Assembly (NCBI GenBank): GCA_040954595.2
Contig: CM082577.2
Span: forward strand, 6,498,301 to 6,562,300
Source: Balanoglossus misakiensis
Lineage: Eukaryota; Animalia; Hemichordata
Direction of reading: 5' to 3'
DNA length: 64,000 bases
Shown: positions 50,101 to 62,451 of the stretch, piece after piece
Layout: each line of letters begins with the position of its first letter
Numbering within the stretch: position 1 is the first letter of the stretch
Notes under the pieces: generated by a model
The model's input: only the letters and a program-made list of their open reading frames with translations
What the model was told of the DNA's origin: nothing
Database searches by the model: none
Program-made: the position numbers and the translations under genes

Positions 50101-53100
50101 TCGACATGCAGTACTTGGAAGCGGTTGCAAAATGAACTTTCTCGATATTCAACGCTTAGCACCGGGCCCCTCATTGTTTAAAGGACAACCTATACAAAAA
50201 GTGGTTACACACCAGTCCAAATGATGCAGGGGTGCTTTAATTTTAGACTTGGAAATAATACAATTAACACCTCAAGCCCGTGAAAAGGTTAATTATCCCT
50301 AGTCCGATAATAAGCGGCGGAAATTACAAAGAGTGGCTTGATTAATCAGGACAATGAGGGACCTCAAAATCCGTGGGAATCATATAACCTGTTACCGGAC
50401 GAAGTTGGAAACAATGGGGAGTGATGTACATAACGTAAATAGCAGCTATTTATCATGTGTTAACGTGTTGAAGATCAAATCCCCATTTGTATGATGATGA
50501 GGCCGTCAACACTTTACTTTCACAGGCGAGAATTTTTGTGGACTTTTTCGCGCCAAAAAATGGCGACGACGCGCGGTCCTGTCAAAATTTTCCCCTTTCT
50601 TACGACAAACGATATAATGGTCTTGAATATTCATCCCCAGCTTGTAAATTAATTAGTAGGAAAGACATTCCCCAAAGTATTAATATTGCACATTAATGTA
50701 TAGTATTGTATGCAAATGTATATTAGCAACTAAATTATCTTTGTCACTCGATGGCTTTGTGTTAAAATATTCAGAGCGCCATATTTGCAATTTTCTTTTC
50801 AGGGACCATTTCCATTGAATGAAAATGATCTTGCAACCTTGAATTCATAAGCATGCATTATTTATCAGATTTTAATGTTATCTTTTTATATTTTTGCACA
50901 CCAACTATTCTTCATTTTGGATGCAGAATCTCAAGTGACCTTTCTGGTTGACCTCTGAGATGAAACCTTGGGTCATTTAGAATAAATAGCAACGATCATT
51001 GTATAAAGGTGGGACCTTGGGTTTTACTTGTGGAAAATCGTTAATCATGCACGTACGTAAGCAGTATCTTATAGCGTTCGTTTGTCTTTGTTCTTAACAT
51101 TGTCATTTGGCCTTCGGGTGGAAATAAAAAATGATTGTTTTTTCGTGTGCAAGTATTTCGCGCGTTATTTTTTTAATGTAGGCCTGGGTATTGCGCGCGT
51201 TGATATCTCAAAAGATTCGGGTTTTCTGACCTATAATTTGTAAGTCAGGCTTGTGACGCTCTCTTGCTGAGTGAACTTCAATCGGGTCTTCAAACACAGA
51301 AAATAACAAGTGTCCCTTTTAAACAGCCACGCGTATAATTCAAGACGAAATACCTTCTTTAAGGTGGTCTTGGCGGTTTTTGTGAGTGAAGGTCGCGGAG
51401 GTACGCCTTCTATTCTTGATTTCGTTTGTTGTGTCGACACATTTACAGGGAAAAGTCATATCGATCGATCTCTGTACGTGTCAAATATAGGTATGTGACT
51501 AGCTGTTCATTTTTAGAATGTTCAGGATCAGCCCCATCGTGGAATATTCAACTTACTTTTAGAGGAAATATGATCAGAGATGAGGGCCTCATTTACTTGG
51601 CGTAATTAGGCCTAAACCTCGTCACCACTAAGTGGTTAATCGGCAAATCGTGAGGTTTTGAGGTCGACGACCATTTTGAAGGCAACAGGTGGACAAACAA
51701 CGGGAGTGTAGATCATGATATGTTTCATTGAATGTCAAGTCACGGTATGTCTTGCAGGGTCAGAATATAGTAAAACTATATTTGAAATTAGAAATTAAAA
51801 AAGGGGTGAGATTTATACCGAATTCTGTAAAATATCACAATAAGCTACAGCGATGAAAAATTGAACTGACTACTTGTTCTCATGGATAGAGAGAGAGATT
51901 GTGGGTGGAGGTGTCAGAGAGAGCGGGAAGGGAGAGACAATATGGCCTACACAAATCCAGAAACAGGCAGACAGTGACAAGGTGAAAATTGTGCAAAGTG
52001 ATAATGTAGTCGCCAAAACCATTCGAATTCAGGCACAACTGGGAATCATTTTTGCCTTGTGACGAAAAACGCCCTCTGTATGCAGCGTACAAGAAACTCG
52101 CAAGAGTCGATGCCTTTTATCATGCAGAAGGCCCACTTCTCAAATGATTCACGGTGAAGGTGGCGGGAAAAACTAATTAGTAAACTAAAAAACTGGTAGC
52201 GAGACAACAAAGGGACATTAGCGGATCATGGCTAAGCTGCCATGCTTAATCTCTAGTTTGGTTAATACGATCAAAGAGTGCAGTGACGTAATGTTTGCGT
52301 CAACCAACTGTTATATATGAGATGACAGGCGTTACAGTGACGTCTGTTTAGTTTCACTTTCAAATTTGTACAAATAGGTAACGATCGACGACATACAACA
52401 TACAGTACATACATTGATTTCATGACGCCTATGGTGTACCGATAACACTTTCCCGTAGAATTGTGACGCTACCAAGCTAACTCATCAACCATGAGAGTGA
52501 AAATAGAATAATTCTATAAGGTCAGCCAGCTCCAAATGATTTTTGTAGATTTTGTTGTTGATTTGTTGACCCGAAATGGTGTGAATTTCGTGCAAGCTAT
52601 CTGCAAATTATTCAGCACCGATCAGCGCTCAAATAAATTTATACAGGAAAAGAATAGACCTAAGCGCATGAATACTGCGCTGTTACATTTAACACATTGA
52701 TCATTTTAAATCGAGCCAGCACAAGATATGATTGGTTATCTTGTCTGGTGTGATTTGCATGTCTGAATGCAAATAAGGCCAAAGTAAGTAAATTCGTTGT
52801 TGTGCGTTCGTTGGCGAGTAAGTTTTCGGATTTTTTATTTTTTTTTACAATTTTACTGTAAAGTACAAACAATGCAATTTTATCAACCAAATCACATTGG
52901 ACATTGGCTAGACATAGAGAAATGGTTAGATAAACAACATGTCTTAAAATCGTGCACAGGCCAAAGAGCCTTCTGAGCTAATAGTCGTAAAAGGGTAAAT
53001 ACGTCTTATGGGGTCAAGGGTTATTAAGCAAGGTCACGCGTACCTGGGAATATTAGGGTACCCCGTCAGGTCAGTGACCCCGGACAGTGAGATAATAAGT

Positions 53101-56100
53101 TCATCGTCTGTTTGGTTTCATTATAATTGCGGACAGCTTGTCTCTTGCGGCATGTTCACCTGTGATGGAATTAATTTGTCAGATAAGATGACAAACGCGA
53201 TGGCCGGGTGCAAGTCGGATATGACGTTCATGGTTACCTGGAACCTTGGGTGGTAGCCATGGCAACAGACTGACTGCTAACGGAGAACCGTGTTTTTTTC
53301 AGCTGTCCCTTCTAGCGTGATAAACGTATATGTGCTACAGTTTGGACAACGGAGAGCGGTAAAATCGTGCTGGCTTTGGCAAGATTTTTTACCAGCGTGG
53401 GTGTGCACAAAAATGATGCATGCGTCCAGGTGCGCATCACGAAAAAAGTCCCGACGGAAAAAAAACAAGGTTTAGGAAACGAATGATGTCGACGCCGGTA
53501 AGCCTAGCATTGCACAGCAAATGGAAAACCCGTTTCCTAATGTGTAACATTGGTTATCTCCATTTCCCGAAGACAAATTGATGTTCCGAGAATTGCAAAC
53601 CGTGTACAGGATAAGGATTGCTCGTTTAATTCGGCATACGCATCACACCTCTACTGCAAGGACAGTCTTCTGTCGCAAGTTAGACTTAGTCTAATTAAGA
53701 TGGCACTTTAAGACGGACACCTGCTTATGTTAGCGTTTGCTATGGCGACCGGCGTCAACAGTTGAAGAAGAAGAAAGAGTCCAAATCCGTTTGTCTGTTG
53801 AAAACCGCGAGCTTCCCCGATATTTGTATTTGGAAGTGTGCATACCTTTTTGGGGCATGACATTTTGTTTTATCTTTCTATCGTACGATTTCTAAATTAG
53901 ACAGCGGCACATTTCAAAATAGGGAAAACATCACTCTGAAACCACATAAAAACCTTATTTGGCACAAAGTTCCTCCGAAATAGTGTTGGGGTCGTGCGTG
54001 GGACTACAATGTGGAGAATGTCGCCGACTTATGAGCTAGATTGTCTTTTGACATTTCCTTTGACATTTAGGCCTATACGGTGGGAAATGATCTCAGGTGC
54101 ACTCACGTTGCAAGAAAAAAGGCGGTACGAATTATGAAAGGTCGCGGAAACCCAGTGTTAATATCTCGGCTTGAATATCCGTTTTACGCGGCATGTTTAA
54201 CGAATTTTACCTTGTGGGCTCATTTGTTCTAGAATATAAACTGTATTTCGACGAATCTCAAGAAGTTGGCGAGTCTGCAAAAGAAATAATAAAACCACTC
54301 TTTCTGTGTCCATAAAAAATAAAGAGACGTGATTGACAATGTCTATGATTTAGTTAAATTAGGGTATAGGTTTAGCGCGGTCTCTTTGTTTGCAGACCTG
54401 AACGCTAGTTCTCAAAGCGAATTGGCCAATAATTATCCACCGAGTTATAATGATTGAGTGGTACTAACTTGATGTTGCCCATGACGGGATCTCTTACAGA
54501 CCTTAAATATATAATATAATACACAAAGAAATCATTACATCAGAAAACCCTGCGATCCGAAGCTATGAGAAGACGGCGTCTCGATAACCAAAGACGTAGC
54601 ATGCAAGCTAAAAAAAAAACTCTAAACATGCAAGAATGTCCCACGATATTATGAAAATGAAGTCTACTCTGCCACCAAAATAAACTCCAGTCACCAATTA
54701 ATCAATCTGCAGTCACAAATGTTAAAAAGTGTTTGTGAACATATATATATATAAACTGTGCATAAGACTCGGGATATGAGACTACTAGTATTACTGCCCA
54801 TCGATGGCAACTAAACTTTTTGGAGAAACATATACACGTCACTTACCTTGGATTTGAACCACATGTATATTTGAGGGACTTTTTTTCTGCCAGATATCCT
54901 CAAATTGGCCCAGTTGTGTTATCTTAAGTCGCTTTTTTTTCACTTTTGTCACCAGCAAAACCTGAAGTATCACACCACTGGTTCCATACGGTTTCCTTTA
55001 TATCGGAAAGCTGTTGTGTTTATACGACACGTTGCCATGGTTTTGGTTACAGAATAACTGTATTGCCGACAATTACCAACGATGCACTCCGGTAGACTGG
55101 TCAATACACATGACAGCGGTGGTTTCGCCTCCTCAATTATCCGATTATCTTGGCCAAATGTGAAGAGAGAACTGCCCTGTTCCCTCCCACACACAATGTG
55201 TCCGAAGCCTGTTGGTGTTCACCATTATTACTAGTATGCTTCGTCGTCGAAATCCTTGATCGAAACTTTCTGGTTGGGGACCAGAACCGCGGACTGAAAC
55301 GCAAGTAAATCCAGAAGAGCGGGGGTTTCCACAGAGACAAAACACTCAGACTTTGTTGGAAAGTTCTTATGTCGCTTTTTCAAGTTGCTGAGAGTAAAAT
55401 GCGAACTTTGTCAGAAGTACATGGTGGAGTTTTTTAGTGCTGCGTCACACAACTGTACTCATTCTGTTTGATGTATTGGTGTTTGTGTTGCCCATCCAAA
55501 GCTTTAGACCACGTGTGTTTTGACGACCAAGAGCCCAAGTCGCAGGTCCCCATCAGAGAAAATAATTGTTTCTTAGGGGTCCCCGTTTCCATTATCGGGC
55601 GCAGCAAAACATCATTATGCGGAGGTAAAGTCGTCATTCAAATCGAGGCCTTTGATTGACAGCTTTATTGAGAGCGAGGTAGAGTGACCAGTCTGGCCTT
55701 GGTGGGGGCTTGAAGTCGTCTTGCGTGTCCCCCAAGGAAATATGGTTCGCTCTGTAAAGTAGTCCAGGCTCGGTATACACAGCACCGCCGCACTGCAAGG
55801 TTGAAGGAAGGGGCAGGGGTGATTAACCTCGGGAGCGCCGAGTCGAGAATTGAGAACAACTGGGCTAGTTCGCCCTGTGGGATCAATTGTTTGCTGGTGA
55901 ATTTGAATTTCAAAATCGATCGATTGTCTTCCCTCGACTTCCCCCCAAAGCACAGCGTTAGATAATTTGCAATCAGTCTCAAATAATTAGTGTCGTTATG
56001 CAATTTCCTCTTGTACATTATAAATGAACTGTTCAATTAAACAGGTGCCTCTGACCGTGTAGGTAGGAGAGAGAGATGGATAGAGAGAGAGTAGGGGGGG

Positions 56101-59100
56101 GGGAGCTCGTATGTCCCTTGAGAACGCATGCATGGACTATTAATAGAAGAAGAAAATTGAAAAGGAGATGCATGTTGTTCTAATTGCCTTCCGCCTCTCT
56201 ATATCATGTACACCAATTAAACTTCAAAGAATAGACAAAATAATCAATCACTTGTATAGGCTACTGTTTAATTTATATTATGTAGAATGATTAAAAAAAT
56301 GCACGCGCATAAATGTAACAAATTAAACACAGTGAAGCAATACTCTCAGGAGAAATGGTGTCAAGTTATAAACTGATACCACGTGACCAAATTAACGGTG
56401 GATGATATATTTGGGTTGGTTTCGAATCGGTCTTCCTTATTTGATTAATTTGGTAGCAGGCGAGCTAGTTTATATTATGAATAATCGAAGTGTCACTACA
56501 CCATTTCCTTTCAGTGTTATCGGGAAGTATTTTACTCGCGGTGATCTTCAAATACTAGTACCCTCTGGTCACAGATCCGTTATGTTTGTGTTTTAACAAG
56601 AGCAGCGTACTTGACACGGTTGGCCTACATCCCGCGGAGGGAAGGAAAATACGCAAATATTGGAAGTTTGCCAATGGTATCTGCATGTAACTGTTAGGTC
56701 GACGTGACATGTGCCAACAGAAACATTGATCAACATGTATGGTTTTCAACAAAAGTGGCGCGAAAAGCGATTCTACAATCGTCAATAATTTACAGGTGTG
56801 TGGACTGCGTAAGCGCGCACGTTCAGTCAATTAACTGTTTCCTCGACCACCTGTGGACCGATAAAAATCGACGCGTCTAGTGTTATGAGGTTCGATGTCC
56901 TCGTCGGAGTTCAACGCATGTCAATTGCACTCGACGAAAGCACCCGCTGAGAGGGAAATCAACAATATTGGAAATATACATTTTAAAAATGTCTTTGTCG
57001 CATTGTCACTAACAATAAACAGTTCTGGAGGTGTTTCCTTTTCCCGTCAAAGTTAGCTGCGAGGAGAAAATAGAAGTAGGGAATAAAGACATCGGAAGAG
57101 ACAACATCTTCTAAGTCACAAAATAAAATCGAGACGATCTCATAATACACTATTACTGCTGCCAGTAGGTTACTCCTGATCTGCCAGGAACACCGATGGG
57201 AATCCAGAACCGGGAAAATTATAGCTAAGACAACAGACGTTAATGTCGACAGCAGGCAGTTACGAGACCTATAAAGAATTATTGCTTTTAGCTCTCAATC
57301 TGAGAAGGATTGTCGACAGCTGAGAGTCGTATACATTTTATATGTATCACGTCAAGTTCCAATTGATTTTATCCTATGAAATCTTACAACTGTCATGAGT
57401 AAATGTTCCTCAACGTACGGCACAAAAGTGAAAAAGTCGCCTTCACACGAGAAGAAATTTGCTGAGCTAACGTCTTCGAATGACTTTGCTTTATGGCTAA
57501 TTTTCTCTTTCGCACTCACTCACAGACGTTGGCTAACATGGGAGGATAATCGAATGTACTCTGGATATACTAATACTAATACCCGGAAAGTTGCAGGTAA
57601 ATGGAAAGTAATACAAACTTAACGAGTAAATAGACACTGCAGTTTAACACTTGTTCTAAAAGTGGGGGGAACGACGGTTCATTGTGGGCCAGAAATCGAT
57701 ACATACTATTAAAAGACGGCAGCAAACTATAGCTGAGCACGCGTGGGGCGCGGCTCTTGACCCGTCGTAATTAATACTGAATATATCTCAACAGTCCCGA
57801 CTTCTGTTTTGATTCGAATTTCTTTGAAATTTAACCAGTGAACCGAACATGCATGCTCGTCATGGTCGCATTCTTGAGCCGAGTGACTTCTGTTTGCGTG
57901 TTTTCTTAACGGATGTCTGACATCAATGTGTGAAAAGGATGGAATGATTTGTTTTCACCTCAACACAAATTTGTCAACTTTGCAAAATAAACTTGCAAGT
58001 GTCAAACGTGTGTACATGTATATCACTTTTCGGATCAGAGTGACTTCCCCGTGAATGTTAAGATATGCAACTTTTGATTGCTTTGTAGAGACCCGCCAAG
58101 GTTACTCGTATACATCACAAGGAAGTAACACATTTGAAAAATAAAACAACAAAAGACAGGTTCGCCCTGTCCGACCTATCATCTTCCATCATAATCCTAC
58201 GGTCATTTTACAATCTTTCAAATCACACAATAGATGCCTTTATTTAACAATTGGCTTGAAGTTAATACCCGTGTTGGGCGATATCATACAACCCGATAAA
58301 AAGATAGGATAATTTCGTATTGACGGAGGCATTTGAAATTGTTTGGTTTCACCGTTATGGTATGGGCCTGCCTATAATGATGGGCGGACAGGCTTCCACG
58401 GGAGGTGGGGGGCGAGGATGTTACCGGGGCTTCAGTTTATTCGTGGGGGGGGGGGAAATGTTGGGTATATATTCGGAGAGAAGTCATGTCAGATCGGTCT
58501 TGGGATAATCGGAATTTAAGGACGTCGAGATACCGACACTATACGATGTTTACACGATGGCTTGTCGGGTTCGCTATCGATCAAGGATACCGTGGACAAT
58601 GGTTGACAGGTGATCTACGCCGGTGTGAATGTCATGACTCACTTTTTAATCTGTATTCTGTTTCCTGCGGTCCACTTCAAGTGTTTGTGTGGGATTTTCT
58701 TGTGGGTGGAAACAATTGAAAAGCATGGAACCGGTCACTTCTAGATAAAGCGTATGAAAAGTATTCAACAACTTCATTTGTTCTCACTGGTCATTTGTTG
58801 AACTGTTTTTAGTCTTCTAGCACCCGAAGCAAAATAAACATGTTATGACCCAACATGAAAAAAATCTACACCGATTTGGTAAAATATAATATGGAATAGC
58901 GAAATCTCTGTTGTATTCACGTATACGATCAGGGCGTGTGGGTATTGGAAAACCCTCTCGTATTAGAACTTGCATGTTGAGTTTATCTTTTTTTTGGTGG
59001 AGAAAGGGAGGGGAACGGGGGGGGGGGGTTAGTTGGAGTGTTCAATAAAATGTTAGTTTTCGAGAAGATGCAATTCACAGTGGGTTAATTTTTAGTGATG

Positions 59101-60656
59101 ACGTTTTACTTTCCATGCTATAGTAATACACTTGCCCGTCTTTCCTTCGTGTCTACTGTGGGGCACCAGTTCTTGCTGACGAATAGATATGATAGGCCCT
59201 GTCGCCATGATAATTTGTGTTTGTATTTTGAGAACGTGATTTCAGTGAAAGGATGCGTACAAGGTGAAAAAATACTATTGTTTTATTCAAACAAATATAG
59301 ATTGTCTTACATTTTTAGAATAGGTACATGTCCTTTCAAATCTTTGCGACGAAGTATAGGTCCCTATATAGCTGACACGGATAGTTTTGCATGAAAATAC
59401 TGTTAAACTTTTTTTTTCTTATGTGGACAATAATTCCCTTTTATGGTCCCTGTCTGGAGGCGCCTTTGTGTGCACATACAGCTTAAGGTCGCGCATGTCG
59501 CAGTGGCTGGTCAGTGCTGAACAATACTGGGCTTTGTGAAAGCAAGGCCTCCGTACAGAACAGCGTGAAACAGAGAAACCAGCGTTTTACACACCCCGCT
59601 TTTGGAGTGGTGTTTTCTCGTACGAGCAGAAGTATTTCATATTGTCTATAGGGTTTTAACGGTCTATCATGTCACCCTCTTAATTCGGAACAAAACTTCG
59701 AACATCACTTTCTCTTCAATATCAGCAACGAACCCAGATAGTTCGTTGACATTCGGGTTTCAGTCAACACGTCACACTAGACTTACCTGCTACACAATTA
59801 CGTCAGAATATATTTATCTTTGCTGGGGGTGACTACTTATTTCACCACGCCCATTCATTTCGTTATCAGCATTTTGTTATTTCTCAAGGCGATGATGTTT
59901 ATATTCAATAACCTGCAGTGACCGTTAAAACTTTAAGCGACATGACCTCTGCCGATTACAGTTGACCGGTGTTATTGACAGGTGTTAATTATTCACTTTT
60001 ATGCAAATATGACAGGTGATCATGTGATTGGGTCCGACTTGTGTGATAAGAGGTGTGCACTGGTCATAATATAGCTTACACAGTAAAGTAGGCCATCGTG
60101 TTTTACGCTCGTACGTGGAATTTCTAACTTGTCAGTCGGAAAGTAAGTGGCACAATTATCTTGAATATATCACTTGATATATAGCACTGGTTGAATGTAA
60201 AAATCCAGTCATACTTCCGTTGGACCGAAGCGAGACATTGCATATGAGCGTCGGTTAGGCGGAAGGAGACAATTTAAGTTGTACTACAGTGCTCTGTACG
60301 GTGTCTGCAGCGCTGGGTAAGTCCTCGTCGACTTTGGCGCGATTTCCTAAAAAGTGACTAACCCTCTGCGCTTTGGTCGTACGATTTCCTCCGTTCGGAA
60401 CTCGCCTGACCTCTTGATATTTTGCCAAATTTCGTCGTAAGTATATATCGGGCGGTAGCGATATTTTTGGAATTGTGGTGTGGTTTACTTGTTGCACCGC
60501 ATTAAAATTTTCCGAGCAGTGTGAGTGACAAGCCCATATACACCGGTAGTTCTTTTTTTGTTCACACAGCGGTAGGAGCGTTTAGACAGGACTGTTTGAT
60601 TTACAATATCTTAGTTGGATTACTCGTGTAGTCGACATCCTTTCTCTGTCGTCACC

Positions 60657-61725
60657 ATGCTGAGGTTCATTCGGAGAGGAGGCGGGCATCACAGCGCAGA
60701 AAGAGAAAAGCAAAAGAAGGAATTATTCGCTTTCAACAAGGTGAGTAGGAATGGAAAGTGGTCGTGGCCATTTTGTGTAGCTGTGTTTTTTTTGAATTGT
60801 CCACGTTAGACAAGCGTGATGTTGTTCAACATGGAAAACGAGACATGCCTCGAAATTAGCCAGTTTACAAATTCATACCATTCCTGTGCTATGAGCTGCA
60901 TTCCGCGCTCAATATGTTGAAGTGTAATCGAAGTTGTTGTTATCAGACCTCGATAAGATATTATCCCTGTTTAGCGATTGCTTGTGCTAGACGGTGTGGT
61001 CGACCGGGGCGAGTCCCCCATGCTCGCTCACGCTGCATAGTAGTCCGAGGTTTTTCAGACGGGGTCACACAAAGGACTCTTTTGTACCCACCGTACCCGT
61101 TCACCATTTATCCCAATGCAGACGTGTCTAACGCGCAAAACAACTGTGGGGGACGGGTAGTCGACTGTGCAGTGACAGAACGCTCACATGGGTAATATGG
61201 CGGTAGACATGAAATGTACAAGGGGAAACTAGACAAGACGCGGACGCGACAAGCCACGCGTCGCGTTGATTAGTGCAAGCGGCTAGACGCAGACAACATT
61301 GTAATATTGACTGTCTGTAGCGTCCGCCATTGAACCGCATGTAAAAAAACGCTTTCATGAATTCCTAGTAATTGCATTCGTGCTATGATTGTGGTGTGCT
61401 GTGATAACATAAATTTTTGAGTGTGTAAGCGTGGTTTGCGCCAACAAAAAGTCGTTATACGGCCGTATCGATTAGCAGGAAGGGCGCTTTATGTCGATTT
61501 CAACGGACCACATTTATGAAAAGCGATGTCTAATGTTGGCCTTTGGATGGCAAAGGTGGTCGACCTCGTAAGCTTGTAAAATGCCAATCAAAATTGAGCG
61601 TGTGTCGTGTTCCCATTACATTTACAGACCGTAGAGCATGGATTCCCCAACAAACCAAGCAGCATTTCGTTCGACCCAAAGCTGAAACTGCTCGCCATTG
61701 GAACAAGAACCGGAGTTGTGAAAAT
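60657..61725 (+). CDS. LLGL1: Lethal(2) giant larvae homologue, first two coding exons (gene continues beyond window)
   Basis: Exon 60657-60740 MLRFIRRGGGHHSAEREKQKKELFAFNK (GTCACCATG, donor AAG|GTGAGT) joins in phase to exon 61628-61725 TVEHGFPNKPSSISFDPKLKLLAIGTRTGVVK; matches the recalled LLGL1/2 N-terminus (ELFAFNKTVEHGFP.QPSA..FDP). Exon 2 is not in the ORF track in this frame. Likely pro-orthologue of LLGL1 and LLGL2. Confidence 0.92.
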
Positions 61726-61735
61726 GTATCCTTTT
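61726..61735 (+). other. U12-type (minor spliceosome) 5' splice site
   Basis: GTATCCTTTT directly after LLGL exon 2; matches the RTATCCTTT consensus. Confidence 0.88.
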
Positions 61736-62025
61736 GTGTAAGCGTGACCATGATATATATATTCAGTCAATTGAGACTCAGATTTGCCACACAATTGCTC
61801 CAAAGTCGGTTTATAAAAGGTAGGTACACTGTAGGTTGTGTTATCATGTAAATTCGTTGTGTTTTGTAAAAGTTGATATTTTATTTTTCTATATTTATTG
61901 TCTGATAATAAAATAAAATAATTGTTGACCTTGCATTACTACCTTGAGATCAAGTATTTCTGACAGTACGAAAACAAGATTCATTCATGTTTGTGATTTG
62001 CTCTTGGTGTTTGACAATCGTGGTA

Positions 62026-62451
62026 CAGCCGAAATTATGAAAGGTCGCCGATTCAATATGTGATCTAGACGTCCTGTGTGCACTGAACACACGATGTGTT
62101 TATCTAACACAAACAACAGAACCTCTCATAAATGAGATGCGGTATCATTAGACTAATTACAGATGGTAGTCTGGAAACACGCTCCCCCTCAGAGAGAGTT
62201 GTTTACTTGTAACACGGATGTCAAAGTTTAATCTCAAAGTGTATACGCTTTATGTTGAGAGTGTACCCAAGTAAACAACTCTCTCTGAGGGGGAGCGTGT
62301 TTCCAGACTACCATCTGTAATTAGTCTAATGATACCGCATCTCTTTTATGAGAGGTTCTGTTGTTTGTGTTAGATAAACACATCGTGTGTTCAGTGCACA
62401 CAGGACGTCTAGATCACATATTGAATCGGCGACCTTTCATAATTTCGGCTG
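62026..62451. mobile_element. 426 bp Tc1/mariner-type MITE
   Basis: TA|CAGCCGAAATT ... AATTTCGGCTG|TA; 184 bp arms (62026-62209, 62268-62451) with one mismatch seen, 58 bp spacer, TA duplication, no ORF. Confidence 0.88.

Noticed and set aside
52611-52630. RE1/REST-like TTCAGCACCGATCAGCGCT
   Set aside because: Right half-site lacks GGAC and spacing is non-canonical.
56885-56910. tRNA/SINE B-box-like GGTTCGATGTCC
   Set aside because: No A-box or cloverleaf.
46000-60500. miR-193/365 cluster expected from vertebrate RAB11FIP4 synteny; also the short ORFs here
   Set aside because: No mature miRNA match with a hairpin found by eye; ORFs show no recognisable domains or consistent exon chains.
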